From Nemertoderma westbladi (taxonomy: Eukaryota; Animalia; Xenacoelomorpha): a stretch of 51,032 nucleotides of DNA. The notes below the pieces were generated by a model, which was not told the origin of the DNA, ran no database searches, and saw only the letters and a list, made by a program, of their open reading frames with translations. Shown piece after piece: positions 22,891 through 34,700 of the stretch (position 1 is its first letter; every line of letters begins with the position of its first letter). The translations under genes and the position numbers were made by a program. Where the stretch lies: NCBI GenBank assembly GCA_032718475.1, contig JAUCBJ010003982.1, positions 1-51,032 of the forward strand, given 5' to 3'.

Positions 22891-24610
22891 AGTTATTGAT
22901 ACTCGGTAGACCTACTAGAACTCCACGACGGTCCCCTACAGTTATTGATACTCGGTAGACCTACTAGAACTCCACGACGGTCCCCTACAGTTATTGATAC
23001 TCGGTAGACCTACTAGAACTCCACGACGGTCCCCAACAGTTATTGATACTCGGTAGAACTACTAGAACTCCACGACGGTCCCCAACAGTTATTGATACTC
23101 GGTAGAACTACTAGAACTCCACGACGGTCCCCAACAGTTATTGATACTCGGTAGAACTACTAGAACTCCACGACGGTCCCCAACAGTTATTGATACTCGG
23201 TAGAACTACTAGAACTCCACGACGGTCCCCAACAGTTATTGATACTCGGTAGAACTACTAGAACTCCACGACGGTCCCCAACAGTTATTGATACTCGGTA
23301 GAACTACTAGAACTCCACGACGGTCCCCAACAGTTATTGATACTCGGTAGAACTACTAGAACTCCACGACGGTCCCCAACAGTTATTGATACTCGGTAGA
23401 ACTACTAGAACTCCACGACGGTCCCCAACAGTTATTGATACTCGGTAGAACTACTAGAACTCCACGACGGTCCCCAACAGTTATTGATACTCGGTAGAAC
23501 TACTAGAACTCCACGACGGTCCCCAACAGTTATTGATACTCGGTAGAACTACTAGAACTCCACGACGGTCCCCAACAGTTATTGATACTCGGTAGAACTA
23601 CTAGAACTCCACGACGGTCCCCAACAGTTATTGATACTCGGTAGAACTACTAGAACTCCACGACGGTCCCCTACAGTTATTGATACTCGGTAGAACTACT
23701 AGAACTCCACGACGGTCCCCTACAGTTATTGATACTCGGTAGAACTACTAGAACTCCACGACGGTCCCCAACAGTTATTGATACTCGGTAGAACTACTAG
23801 AACTCCACGACGGTCCCCAACAGTTATTGATACTCGGTAGAACTACTAGAACTCCACGACGGTCCCCAACAGTTATTGATACTCGGTAGAACTACTAGAA
23901 CTCCACGACGGTCCCCAACAGTTATTGATACTCGGTAGAACTACTAGAACTCCACGACGGTCCCCTACAGTTATTGATACTCGGTAGAACTACTAGAACT
24001 CCACGACGGTCCCCAACAGTTATTGATACTCGGTAGAACTACTAGAACTCCACGACGGTCCCCAACAGTTATTGATACTCGGTAGAACTACTAGAACTCC
24101 ACGACGGTCCCCTACAGTTATTGATACTCGGTAGAACTACTAGAACTCCACGACGGTCCCCTACAGTTATTGATACTCGGTAGACCTACTAGAACTCCAC
24201 GACGGTCCCCTACAGTTATTGATACTCGGTAGACCTACTAGAACTCCACGACGGTCCCCTACAGTTATTGATACTCGGTAGAACTACTAGAACTCCACGA
24301 CGGTCCCCTACAGTTATTGATACTCGGTAGACCTACTAGAACTCCACGACGGTCCCCTACAGTTATTGATACTCGGTAGACCTACTAGAACTCCACGACG
24401 GTCCCCTACAGTTATTGATACTCGGTAGAACTACTAGAACTCCACGACGGTCCCCAACAGTTATTGATACTCGGTAGAACTACTAGAACTCCACGACGGT
24501 CCCCAACAGTTATTGATACTCGGTAGACCTACTAGAACTCCACGACGGTCCCCAACAGTTATTGATACTCGGTAGAACTACTAGAACTCCACGACGGTCC
24601 CCAACAGTTA
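22891..24610. repeat. 49-bp minisatellite (GTTATTGATACTCGGTAGAACTACTAGAACTCCACGACGGTCCCCAACA), about 35 copies, formin intron 1
   Basis: Tandem array with only two variable positions (AGAAC/AGACC and CCAAC/CCTAC). Confidence 0.98.
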
Positions 24611-24627
24611 TATGTTCATATGCATCA

Positions 24628-27600
24628 TTGTTATTCCTTATTAATTTATTCCTTGTGATTCCTTATTAATTTATTCCTTGTTATTCCTTATTAATTTATT
24701 CCTTGTTATTCCTTATTAAATTATTCCTAGTTATTCCTTATTAATTTATTCCTTGTTATTCTTTATTAATTTATTCCTTGTTATTCCTTATTAATTTATT
24801 CCTTGTTATTCCTTATTAATTTATTCCTTGTTATTCCTTATTAATTTATTCCTAGTTATTCCTTATTAATTTATTCCTAGTTATTCCTTATTAATTTATT
24901 CCTTGTTATTCCTTATTAATTTATTCCTAGTTATTCCTTATTAATTTATTCCTTGTGATTCCTTATTAATTTATTCCTTGTTATTCCTTATTAATTTATT
25001 CCTTGTTATTCCTTATTAAATTATTCCTAGTTATTCCTTATTAATTTATTCCTTGTTATTCCTTATTAATTTATTCCTTGTTATTCCTTATTAATTTATT
25101 CCTTGTTATTCCTTATTAATTTATTCCTTGTTATTCCTTATTAATTTATTCCTTGTTATTCCTTATTAATTTATTCCTTGTTATTCCTTATTAATTTATT
25201 CCTTGTTATTCCTTATTAATTTATTCCTTGTTATTCCTTATTAATTTATTCCTTGTTATTCCTTATTAATTTATTCCTTGTTATTCCTTATTAATTTATT
25301 CCTTGTTATTCCTTATTAATTTATTCCTTGTTATTCCTTATTAATTTATTCCTTGTTATTCCTTATTAATTTATTCCTTGTTATTCCTTATTAATTTATT
25401 CCTTGTTATTCCTTATTAATTTATTCCTTGTTATTCCTTATTAATTTATTCCTTGTTATTCCTTATTAATTTATTCCTTGTTATTCCTTATTAATTTATT
25501 CCTTGTTATTCCTTATTAATTTATTCCTTGTTATTCCTTATTAATTTATTCCTTGTTATTCCTTATTAATTTATTCCTTGTTATTCCTTATTAATTTATT
25601 CCTTGTTATTCCTTATTAATTTATTCCTTGTTATTCCTTATTAATTTATTCCTTGTTATTCCTTATTAATTTATTCCTTGTTATTCCTTATTAATTTATT
25701 CCTTGTTATTCCTTATTAATTTATTCCTTGTTATTCCTTATTAATTTATTCCTTGTTATTCCTTATTAATTTATTCCTTGTTATTCCTTATTAATTTATT
25801 CCTTGTTATTCCTTATTAATTTATTCCTTGTTATTCCTTATTAATTTATTCCTTGTTATTCCTTATTAATTTATTCCTTGTTATTCCTTATTAATTTATT
25901 CCTTGTTATTCCTTATTAATTTATTCCTTGTTATTCCTTATTAATTTATTCCTTGTTATTCCTTATTAATTTATTCCTTGTTATTCCTTATTAATTTATT
26001 CCTTGTTATTCCTTATTAATTTATTCCTTGTTATTCCTTATTAATTTATTCCTTGTTATTCCTTATTAATTTATTCCTTGTTATTCCTTATTAATTTATT
26101 CCTTGTTATTCCTTATTAATTTATTCCTTGTTATTCCTTATTAATTTATTCCTTGTTATTCCTTATTAATTTATTCCTTGTTATTCCTTATTAATTTATT
26201 CCTTGTTATTCCTTATTAATTTATTCCTTGTTATTCCTTATTAATTTATTCCTTGTTATTCCTTATTAATTTATTCCTTGTTATTCCTTATTAATTTATT
26301 CCTTGTTATTCCTTATTAATTTATTCCTTGTTATTCCTTATTAATTTATTCCTTGTTATTCCTTATTAATTTATTCCTTGTTATTCCTTATTAATTTATT
26401 CCTTGTTATTCCTTATTAATTTATTCCTTGTTATTCCTTATTAATTTATTCCTTGTTATTCCTTATTAATTTATTCCTTGTTATTCCTTATTAATTTATT
26501 CCTTGTTATTCCTTATTAATTTATTCCCTATTAATTTATTCCTTGTTATTCCTTATTAATTTATTCCTTGTTATTCCTTATTAATTTATTCCTTGTTATT
26601 CCTTATTAATTTATTCCTTGTTATTCCTTATTAATTTATTCCTTGTTATTCCTTATTAATTTATTCCTTGTTATTCCTTATTAATTTATTCCTTGTTATT
26701 CCTTATTAATTTATTCCTTGTTATTCCTTATTAATGTATTCCTTATTAATTTATTCCCTATTAATTTATTCCTTGTTATTCCCTATTAATTTATTCCTTG
26801 TTATTCCTTATTAATTTATTCCTTGTTATTCCTTATTAATTTATTCCTTGTTATTCCTTATTAATTTATTCCTTGTTATTCCTTATTAATTTATTCCTTG
26901 TTATTCCTTATTAATTTATTCCTTGTTATTCCTTATTAATTTATTCCTTGTTATTCCTTATTAATTTATTCCCTATTAATTTATTCCTTGTTATTCCTTA
27001 TTAATTTATTCCTTGTTATTCCTTATTAATTTATTCCTTGTTATTCCTTATTAATTTATTCCTTGTTATTCCTTATTAATTTATTCCTTGTTATTCCTTA
27101 TTAATTTATTCCTTGTTATTCCTTATTAATTTATTCCTTGTTATTCCTTATTAATTTATTCCTAGTTATTCCTTATTAATTTATTCCTTGTTATTCCTTA
27201 TTAATTTATTCCTTGTTATTCCCTATTAATTTATTCCTTGTTATTCCTTATTAATTTATTCCTTGTTATTCCTTATTAATTTATTCCTTGTTATTCCTTA
27301 TTAATTTATTCCTTGTTATTCCTTATTAATTTATTCCTTGTTATTCCTTATTAATTTATTCCTTGTTATTCCTTATTAATTTATTCCTTGTTATTCCTTA
27401 TTAATTTATTCCTAGTTATTCCTTATTAATTTATTCCTTGTTATTCCTTATTAATTTATTCCTTGTTATTCCTTATTAATTTATTCCTTGTTATTCCTTA
27501 TTAATTTATTCCTTGTTATTCCTTATTAATTTATTCCTTGTTATTCCTTATTAACTTGTTATTCCTTATTAATTTATTCCTTGTTATTCCCTATTAATTT

Positions 27601-28258
27601 ATTCCTTGTTATTCCTTATTAATTTATTCCTTGTTATTCCTTATTAATTTATTCCTTGTTATTCCTTATTAATTTATTCCTTGTTATTCCCTATTAATTT
27701 ATTCCTTGTTATTCCTTATTAATTTATTCCTTGTTATTCCTTATTAATTTATTCCTTGTTATTCCTTATTAATTTATTCCTTGTTATTCCCTATTAATTT
27801 ATTCCTTGTTATTCCTTATTAATTTATTCCTTGTTATTCCTTATTAATTTATTCCTTGTTATTCCTTATTAATGTATTCCTTATTAATTTATTCCCTATT
27901 AATTTATTCCTTGTTATTCCCTATTAATTTATTCCTTGTTATTCCTTATTAATTTATTCCTTGTTATTCCTTATTAATGTATTCCTTATTAATTTATTCC
28001 CTATTAATTTATTCCTTGTTATTCCCTATTAATTTATTCCTTGTTATTCCTTATTAATTTATTCCTTGTTATTCCTTATTAATGTATTCCTTATTAATTT
28101 ATTCCCTATTAATTTATTCCTTGTTATTCCCTATTAATTTATTCCTTGTTATTCCTTATTAATTTATTCCTTGTTATTCCTTATTAATGTATTCCTTATT
28201 AATTTATTCCCTATTAATTTATTCCTTGTTATTCCCTATTAATTTATTCCTTGTTATT
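24628..28258. repeat. 25-bp AT-rich satellite (TTATTCCTTGTTATTCCTTATTAAT), about 145 copies, formin intron 1
   Basis: Tandem array; the unit is built from two TTATTCCTT sub-repeats, with 15-bp deletion variants toward the 3' end. Confidence 0.98.
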
Positions 28259-28342
28259 GTTCCGTTTTATAACAATCCCCTTTTGATGTAACAATAAAGG
28301 CGATTTGTTACTAAATATAAACAAAATTATAACGATTTTCAG

Positions 28343-29926
28343 GTTTATAAACGCGATCGGGACGAGGATAAGGAGGAGTTAAGTGAGAGACTCGGACGAG
28401 TCGAGTTCGAGTTCGATGACGACGAGACCCTCTTCCAGTTGCTTCACGACAGTCTCAAGTCGACCCCCAGCCACCCCTACTTCCTGTCGGTACTCCAACA
28501 CTTAGTGTGTGTCCGGGACGAAGCGGACGTCCGGGTACAGTACTTCAGACTCATAGAGGAGTGCGTCTCTCAGATAGTACTGCACAAGAACGGGTTGGAT
28601 CCGGACTTCCGTAGCGGACAGCGGTTCCAAATCAATGCGGAGGAGGTTGTGGAGAATATCGTGGAGAAGATTAAAAGTGAGAGTATCCAGGATGGAGCCA
28701 CGTTGCAGAAGTCGTTGGAGGCGGCGTTAACGGCTAAACAGGAGGCTGAGGCCAAGCTGGCGGGAGGGGGCGGGGGGCCACCGCCCCCTCCCGGGCCGCC
28801 CCCTCCCCCGGGGGCCGCTCCCCCGCCACCGCCTCCCCTCCCCCCGGGGGGCGGCCCCCCACCGCCCCCGCCACCCCCGGGGGGCGGCCCCCCACCGCCC
28901 CCTCCACCCCGGGGGGGCGGCCCCCCTCCGCCACCCGGGCCCCCTCCTCCCCCGGGCGCGGGCCCCCCCGGCCCCCCTCCGCCCCCCGGGCTGGGGGGCC
29001 CCAGAGCTCCGCCCCCCGGACCCAAACTGCCCCCCGGAATGGCCCCCAAGAAGTTGTACAAACCGGAGAAACAGATGAAACGCGCCAATTGGAAACAAAT
29101 TCCCCCTTTGAAACTGAAAGATAATTGTTTTTGGGTGAAAATGAAAGACGAAACGTTCGACGCCAAGGAGACCCTTCGCGGACTGGAGGAGAACTTCGCT
29201 ACGATGGCCCCTAAAGTAGCAGCCAATCAGCAGACGGCGAATAAACCCGCGAAAAAAGTAAAACAACTAAAAGTTCTCGACGCGAAGACCGCCCAGAACA
29301 TATCGATAATGGTGGGTTCCATGAAGATGCCGTACGAGCGGTTGAAGACGTTGATAATGTCGGTAGACACGGACGCCATGCCGGACGGGTTGGTTCAGCA
29401 GCTGATTAACAACCTACCGGAACCCGAGCAGCTCTCCCAACTCGCCGAGGTTAAGGGATCCTACGCCGATATGGTGGAGGCGGAGCAGTTCGGTGTCGTT
29501 ATGGCCGGGATTAAACGGATCGGTCCGCGGTTGAACTGCATCTCCTTTAAACTCAGATTCTCCGAGGTTATCGACGATATTAAACCGAATATAGTGGCGG
29601 CTACCGAGGCCTGTAACGAAGTTCGTAACAGCTCAAAGTTCGCCAAGATCTGCGAACTAGTTCTCTGCGTTGGGAACTATATGAACGCGGGGTCGCGGAA
29701 CGCCCAGAGTCTCGGCTTCGATATCAACTTCCTGACCAAGTTGGACGGAACTAAAACCTCGGATAACCGGTCCACGCTGCTGCACTTCCTGGCCCAGCTG
29801 GTCGAGGACAACCACAGCGGGCTGCTCGGCTTCGTAGACGAGTTGCCTCACATCGAGCGCGCCGCTCGGGTCAACGGGGACTCCATTACCGGGGATCTAA
29901 AGGCCATGGAGAAGTCGGTGAAGCAG
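28343..29926 (+). CDS. dia: Diaphanous-related formin, coding exon 2 (end of FH3, coiled coil, polyproline FH1, most of FH2)
   Basis: Acceptor TTTTCAG|GTT at 28342/28343 is in frame (VYKRDRDEDKEELSER). It includes YFLSVLQHL, QIVLHKNGLDPDF, poly-Pro FH1, MKRANW and GNYMNAGSRN..GF motifs. Phase-0 donor CAG|GTGAGT at 29926/29927. Confidence 0.95.
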
Positions 29927-30095
29927 GTGAGTAGACGGGACGGGTCCCACCGGAGGTCGCGGGTTCGACCCCGCATGGGGACCAGGGCAGTTACCGTTTC
30001 GACACGAATGCTTTAACGGGACCAGCCAGGGCGCATCTCTGCCTTGCATCCATCACTGGTAGATAAATGAGTACTGGAGTTTCCTCTGGGGAGTA
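29927..30095 (+). mobile_element. tRNA-derived SINE, family 1, copy at the very start of formin intron 2
   Basis: B box GGTTCGACCC near 29962 and about 130 bp of body matching the reverse complement of 11380-11520. Confidence 0.8.
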
Positions 30096-30328
30096 TAGTC
30101 TTCACTACTTCACTTTGTACCCAATCCCTGCTCTAACTGCCGAATGTGATTCTTTGCGTTTTTTATAATTAACTTATTTCCTAATTTCACAAATAAATAC
30201 AAAATTTAACAAAATGCAAATAAAATTAAACTTTACAATATAATATATTCTGTAACATACGGAATTCCCAACAGTAAGTTAGTGATTAAATCATTTGTTT
30301 CTGTACTTAGGGTAACTTATTGGTATCC

Positions 30329-31464
30329 TATTGGTATCGTATTGGTATTGGTTCAGCATACTTTCATTATATGGGATTCCTGATGAAATTATTGCAGCAA
30401 TCAGATCAGTATACGATGGTTCGACAACATTTGTGTCTACTGTTGATGGTGACACAGAACCATTTGAAGTGTTATGGGGCGTCCTCCAAGGAGACACACT
30501 TGCACCATTCTTGTTCATTATTGTGGTTGACTATGTTCTACGCATGTCCTTAGATCATCATAATGATGATGGGGTGATGATAACTCCACATACTGGCTCC
30601 AGAAGTCGAGGAAATCCCGCCAAGTACCTAACTGATCTAGACTTTGCTGATGACTTAGGAGTACTCTCAGAATCATTAGAGGGAGCCCAGCGGCTTCTCA
30701 GCTCATTAGAACATGCTGCTTCTAGTGTTGGTCTTTTTATTAACTCCAGAAAGACCAAAATTCTGACAGTTAACTTAGAAAGTCCTCAGCAAGTCTCTGA
30801 TCGGATGAGCATAAGCTCAAAGGATGGTATGCTTGAGCATGTGGACGACTTCTGTTACCTGGGATCATGGATCCGGAAGTCAGGTGAGGACCTTCGAATA
30901 CGTAAGGGAAAGGCATGGGCAGCCTTGAATAGGCTTTCCAGGATTTGGAAGTCACCTAGAATTAATCGGAAACTTAAGGTCCGATTATTCAGAGCAGCAG
31001 TAGTTCCAGTACTCCTCTACGGGAGTCCATGCTGGGCTCTAACTGCTGAGGACACCAAATCTCTGGATGGCACATTCACAAGAATGCTACGCCGGGTACA
31101 TTGTGTCAAGTACAATGCACACATCTCCAACCAGACACTATATAACATTGGAGGTGTCTCATTGGTTCCCCCAAGCTTGACACTAGAACAAAATCGCCTC
31201 CGCTTTGCAGGACATTGCTTTCGCCGTGAGGACCAGCCAGTGCATAATCTTGTACTTTGGCAGCCTCATGGAGTGAATAAGCATGGTGGACAGCCCATGA
31301 CTTTCTTGAGACGCATCTTAAAGGACACTGGCCTTAAAGATGCGGATGATCTAGCAAATGTCATGGGTGATAGGGAGTTGTGGCGGTGCAATTTTGTTGA
31401 CAAGCCGGCACAGCATTCTTAAAAATGCAGCTGCAATGCAGCATGCCGATCCTAGTAGTAGTAG
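30329..31464 (+). mobile_element. 5'-truncated RTE-clade non-LTR retrotransposon (RT C-terminal half intact, ORF ends 31422)
   Basis: YGIP..GVLQGDTLAPFLFIIVVDYVLR, LDFADDL, FCYLGS and RLRFAGHC motifs; short 3' UTR ending (TAG)4; 11-bp TSD TATTGGTATCC at 30318-30328 and 31465-31475. Confidence 0.92.
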
Positions 31465-31770
31465 TATTGGTATCCAATAATTACTTCTATGTAATATTTT
31501 ACTAAAGTGGAGCTTCCGAAATTTTATGCTGCATTTTATTGAGAGTCTACAGCATAATAAATTTATATTAATATGAAAAACGCTAATTATTTGCTAATTA
31601 TTTATGTCATCAATTAATTTTCATGAGACCATCCCAGCATATTTTCTATGCGGTTAAATACTTACTCACCCATTTCCCTTTCCCACAGTTTGGATTCTAA
31701 GCTTTCGTGATATGGAAACGGTTTTTGGCGTTGCGGATATTAATTTTTCAGTGTTTAGTTTGGCCCTTTT

Positions 31771-34700
31771 CCAATAATCTCCTTTATTTCTCTCCTCCAA
31801 TAATCTCCTTTATTTCTCTCCTCCAATAATCTCCTTTATTTCTCTCCTCCAATAATCTCCTTTATTTCTCTCCTCCAATAATCTCCTTTATTTCTCTCCT
31901 CCAATAATCTCCTTTATTTCTCTCCTCCAATAATCTCCTTTATTTCTCTCATCCAATAATCTCCATTATTTCTCTCCTCAAATAATCTCCTTTAGATCTC
32001 TCCTCCAATAATCTCCTTTATTTCTCTCCTCAAATAATCTCCTTTAGATCTATCCTCCAATAATCTCCTTTATTTCTCTCCTCCAATAATCTCCTTTATT
32101 TCTCTCCTCCAATAATCTCCTTTATTTCTCTCATCCAATAATCTCCTTTATTTCTCTCCTCCAATAATCTCCTTTATCTCTCTCCTCCAATAATCTCCTT
32201 TATCTCTCTCCTCCAATAATCTCCTTTATCTCTCTCCTCCAATAATCTACTTTATTTCTCTCCTCCAATAATCTCCTTTGTCTCTCTCCTCCAATGATCT
32301 CCTTTATCTCTCTCCTCCAATAATCTCCTTTATCTCTCTCCTCCAATAATCTCCTTTATTTCTCTCCTCCAATAATCTCCTTTATTTCTCTCCTCCAATA
32401 ATCTCCTTTATTTCTCTCCTCCAATAATCTCATTTATTTCTCTCATCCAATAATCTCCTTTATTTCTCTCCTCCAATAATCTCCTTTATTTCTCTCCTCC
32501 AATAATCCCCTTTATTTCTCTCATCCAATAATCTCCTTTATTTCTCTCCTCCAATAATCTCCTTTATTTCTCTCATCCAATAATCTCCTTTATCTCTCCC
32601 CTCCAATAATCTCCTTTATTTCTCTCCTCCAATAATCTCCTTTATCTCTCCCCTCCAATAATCTCCTTTATCTCTCCCCTCCAATAATCTCCTTTATTTC
32701 TCTCCTCCAATAATCCCCTTTATTTCTCTCATCCAATAATCTCCTTTATTTCTCTCCTCCAATAATCTCCTTTATTTCTCTCATCCAATAATCTCCTTTA
32801 TCTCTCCCCTCCAATAATCTCCTTTATTTCTCTCCTCCAATAATCTCCTTTATCTCTCCCCTCCAATAATCTCCTTTATCTCTCCCCTCCAATAATCTCC
32901 TTTATTTCTCTCCTCCAATAATCTCCTTTATTTATCTCCTCCAATAATCTCCTTTATCTCTCCCCTCCAATAATCTCCTTTATTTCTCTCCTCCAATAAT
33001 CTCCTTTATTTATCTCCTCCAATAATCTCCTTTATTTCTCTCCTCCAATAATCTCCTTTATTTCTCTCCTCCAATAATCTCCTTTATCTCTCCCCTCCAA
33101 TAATCTCCTTTATTTCTCTCCTCCAATAATCTCCTTTATTTCTCCCCTCCAATAATCTCCTTTATTTCTCTCCTCCAATAATCTCCTTTATTTCTCTCCT
33201 CCAATAATCTCCTTTATCTCTCCCCTCCAATAATCTCCTTTATCTCTCCCCTCCAATAATCTCCTTTATTTCTCTCCTCCAATAATCTCCTTTATTTCTC
33301 TCCTCCAATAATCTCCTTTATTTCTCTCCTCCAATAATCTCCTTTATTTCTCTCCTCCAATAATCTCCTTTATTTCTCTCCTCCAATAATCTCCTTTATT
33401 TCTCTCATCCAATAATCTCCTTTATTTCTCTCCTCCAATAATCTCCTTTATTTCTCTCCTCCAATAATCTCCTTTATTTCTCTCCTCCAATAATCTCCTT
33501 TATTTCTCTCCTCCAATAATCTCCTTTATTTCTCTCCTCAAATAATCTCCTTTAGTTCTCTCCTCCAATAATCTCCTTTATTTCTCTCCTCCAGTAATCT
33601 CCTTTATCTCTCTCCTCCAATAATATCCTTTATCTCTCTCCTCCAATAATCTCCTTTATTTCTCTCCTCCAATAATCTCCTTTATTTCTCCCCTCCAATA
33701 ATCTCCTTTATTTCTCTCCTCCAATAATCTCCTTTATTTCTCTCCTCCAATAATATCCTTTATTTCTCTCCTCCAATAATCTCCTTTATTTCTCTCCTCC
33801 AATAATCTCCTTTATTTCTCTCCTCCAATAATCTCCTTTATTTCTCTCCTCCAATAATCTCCTTTATTTCTCTCCTCCAATAATCTCCTTTATTTCTCTC
33901 CTCCAATAATCTCCTTTATTTCTCTCCTCCAATAATCTCCTTTATCTCTCTCCTCCAATAATCTCCTTTATCTCTCCCCTCCAATAATCTCCTTTATTTC
34001 TCTCCTCCAATAATCTCCTTTATTTCTCTCCTCAAATAATCTCCTTTAGTTCTCTCCTCCAATAATCTCCTTTATTTCTCTCCTCCAATAATCTACTTTA
34101 TCTCTCTCCTCCAATAATCTCCTTTATTTCTCTCCTCCAATAATCTCCTTTATCTCTCTCCTCCAATAATCTCCTTTATCTCTCCCTCCAATAATCTCCT
34201 TTATTTCTCTCCTCCAATAATCTCCTTTATTTCTCTCCTCCAATAATCTCCTTTATTTCTCTCATCAAATAATCTCCTTTAGATCTCTCCTCCAATAATC
34301 TCCTTTATTTCTCTCCTCCAATAATCTCCTTTATCTCTCTCCTCCAATAATCTCCTTTATTTCTCTCCTCTATTCTCTCCTTTATTTCTCTCCTCCAATA
34401 ATCTCCTTTATTTCTCTCCTCCAATAATCTCCTTTATTTCTCTCCTCAAATAATCTCCTTTAGATCTCTCCTCCAATAATCTCCTTTATTTCTCTCCTCC
34501 AATAATCTCCTTTATTTCTCTCCTCCAATAATCTCCTTTATTTCTCTCCTCCAATAATCTCCTTTATTTCTCTCCTCCAATAATCTCCTTTATTTCTCTC
34601 CTCCAATAATCTCCTTTATCTCTCTCCTCCAATAATCTCCTTTATCTCTCCCCTCCAATAATCTCCTTTATTTCTCTCCTCCAATAATCTCCTTTATTTC

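Noticed and set aside
22891-24610. 49-bp array as a CRISPR array
   Set aside because: No unique spacers, no cas genes, and it lies in a eukaryotic intron.
28570-29266. Gly-rich minus-strand ORFs
   Set aside because: Antisense shadows of the polyproline FH1 region.
29927-30016. C-terminal extension of ORF 28439-30016 (VSRRDGSHRR..)
   Set aside because: Read-through into intron/SINE sequence. Formin homology resumes at 49730.
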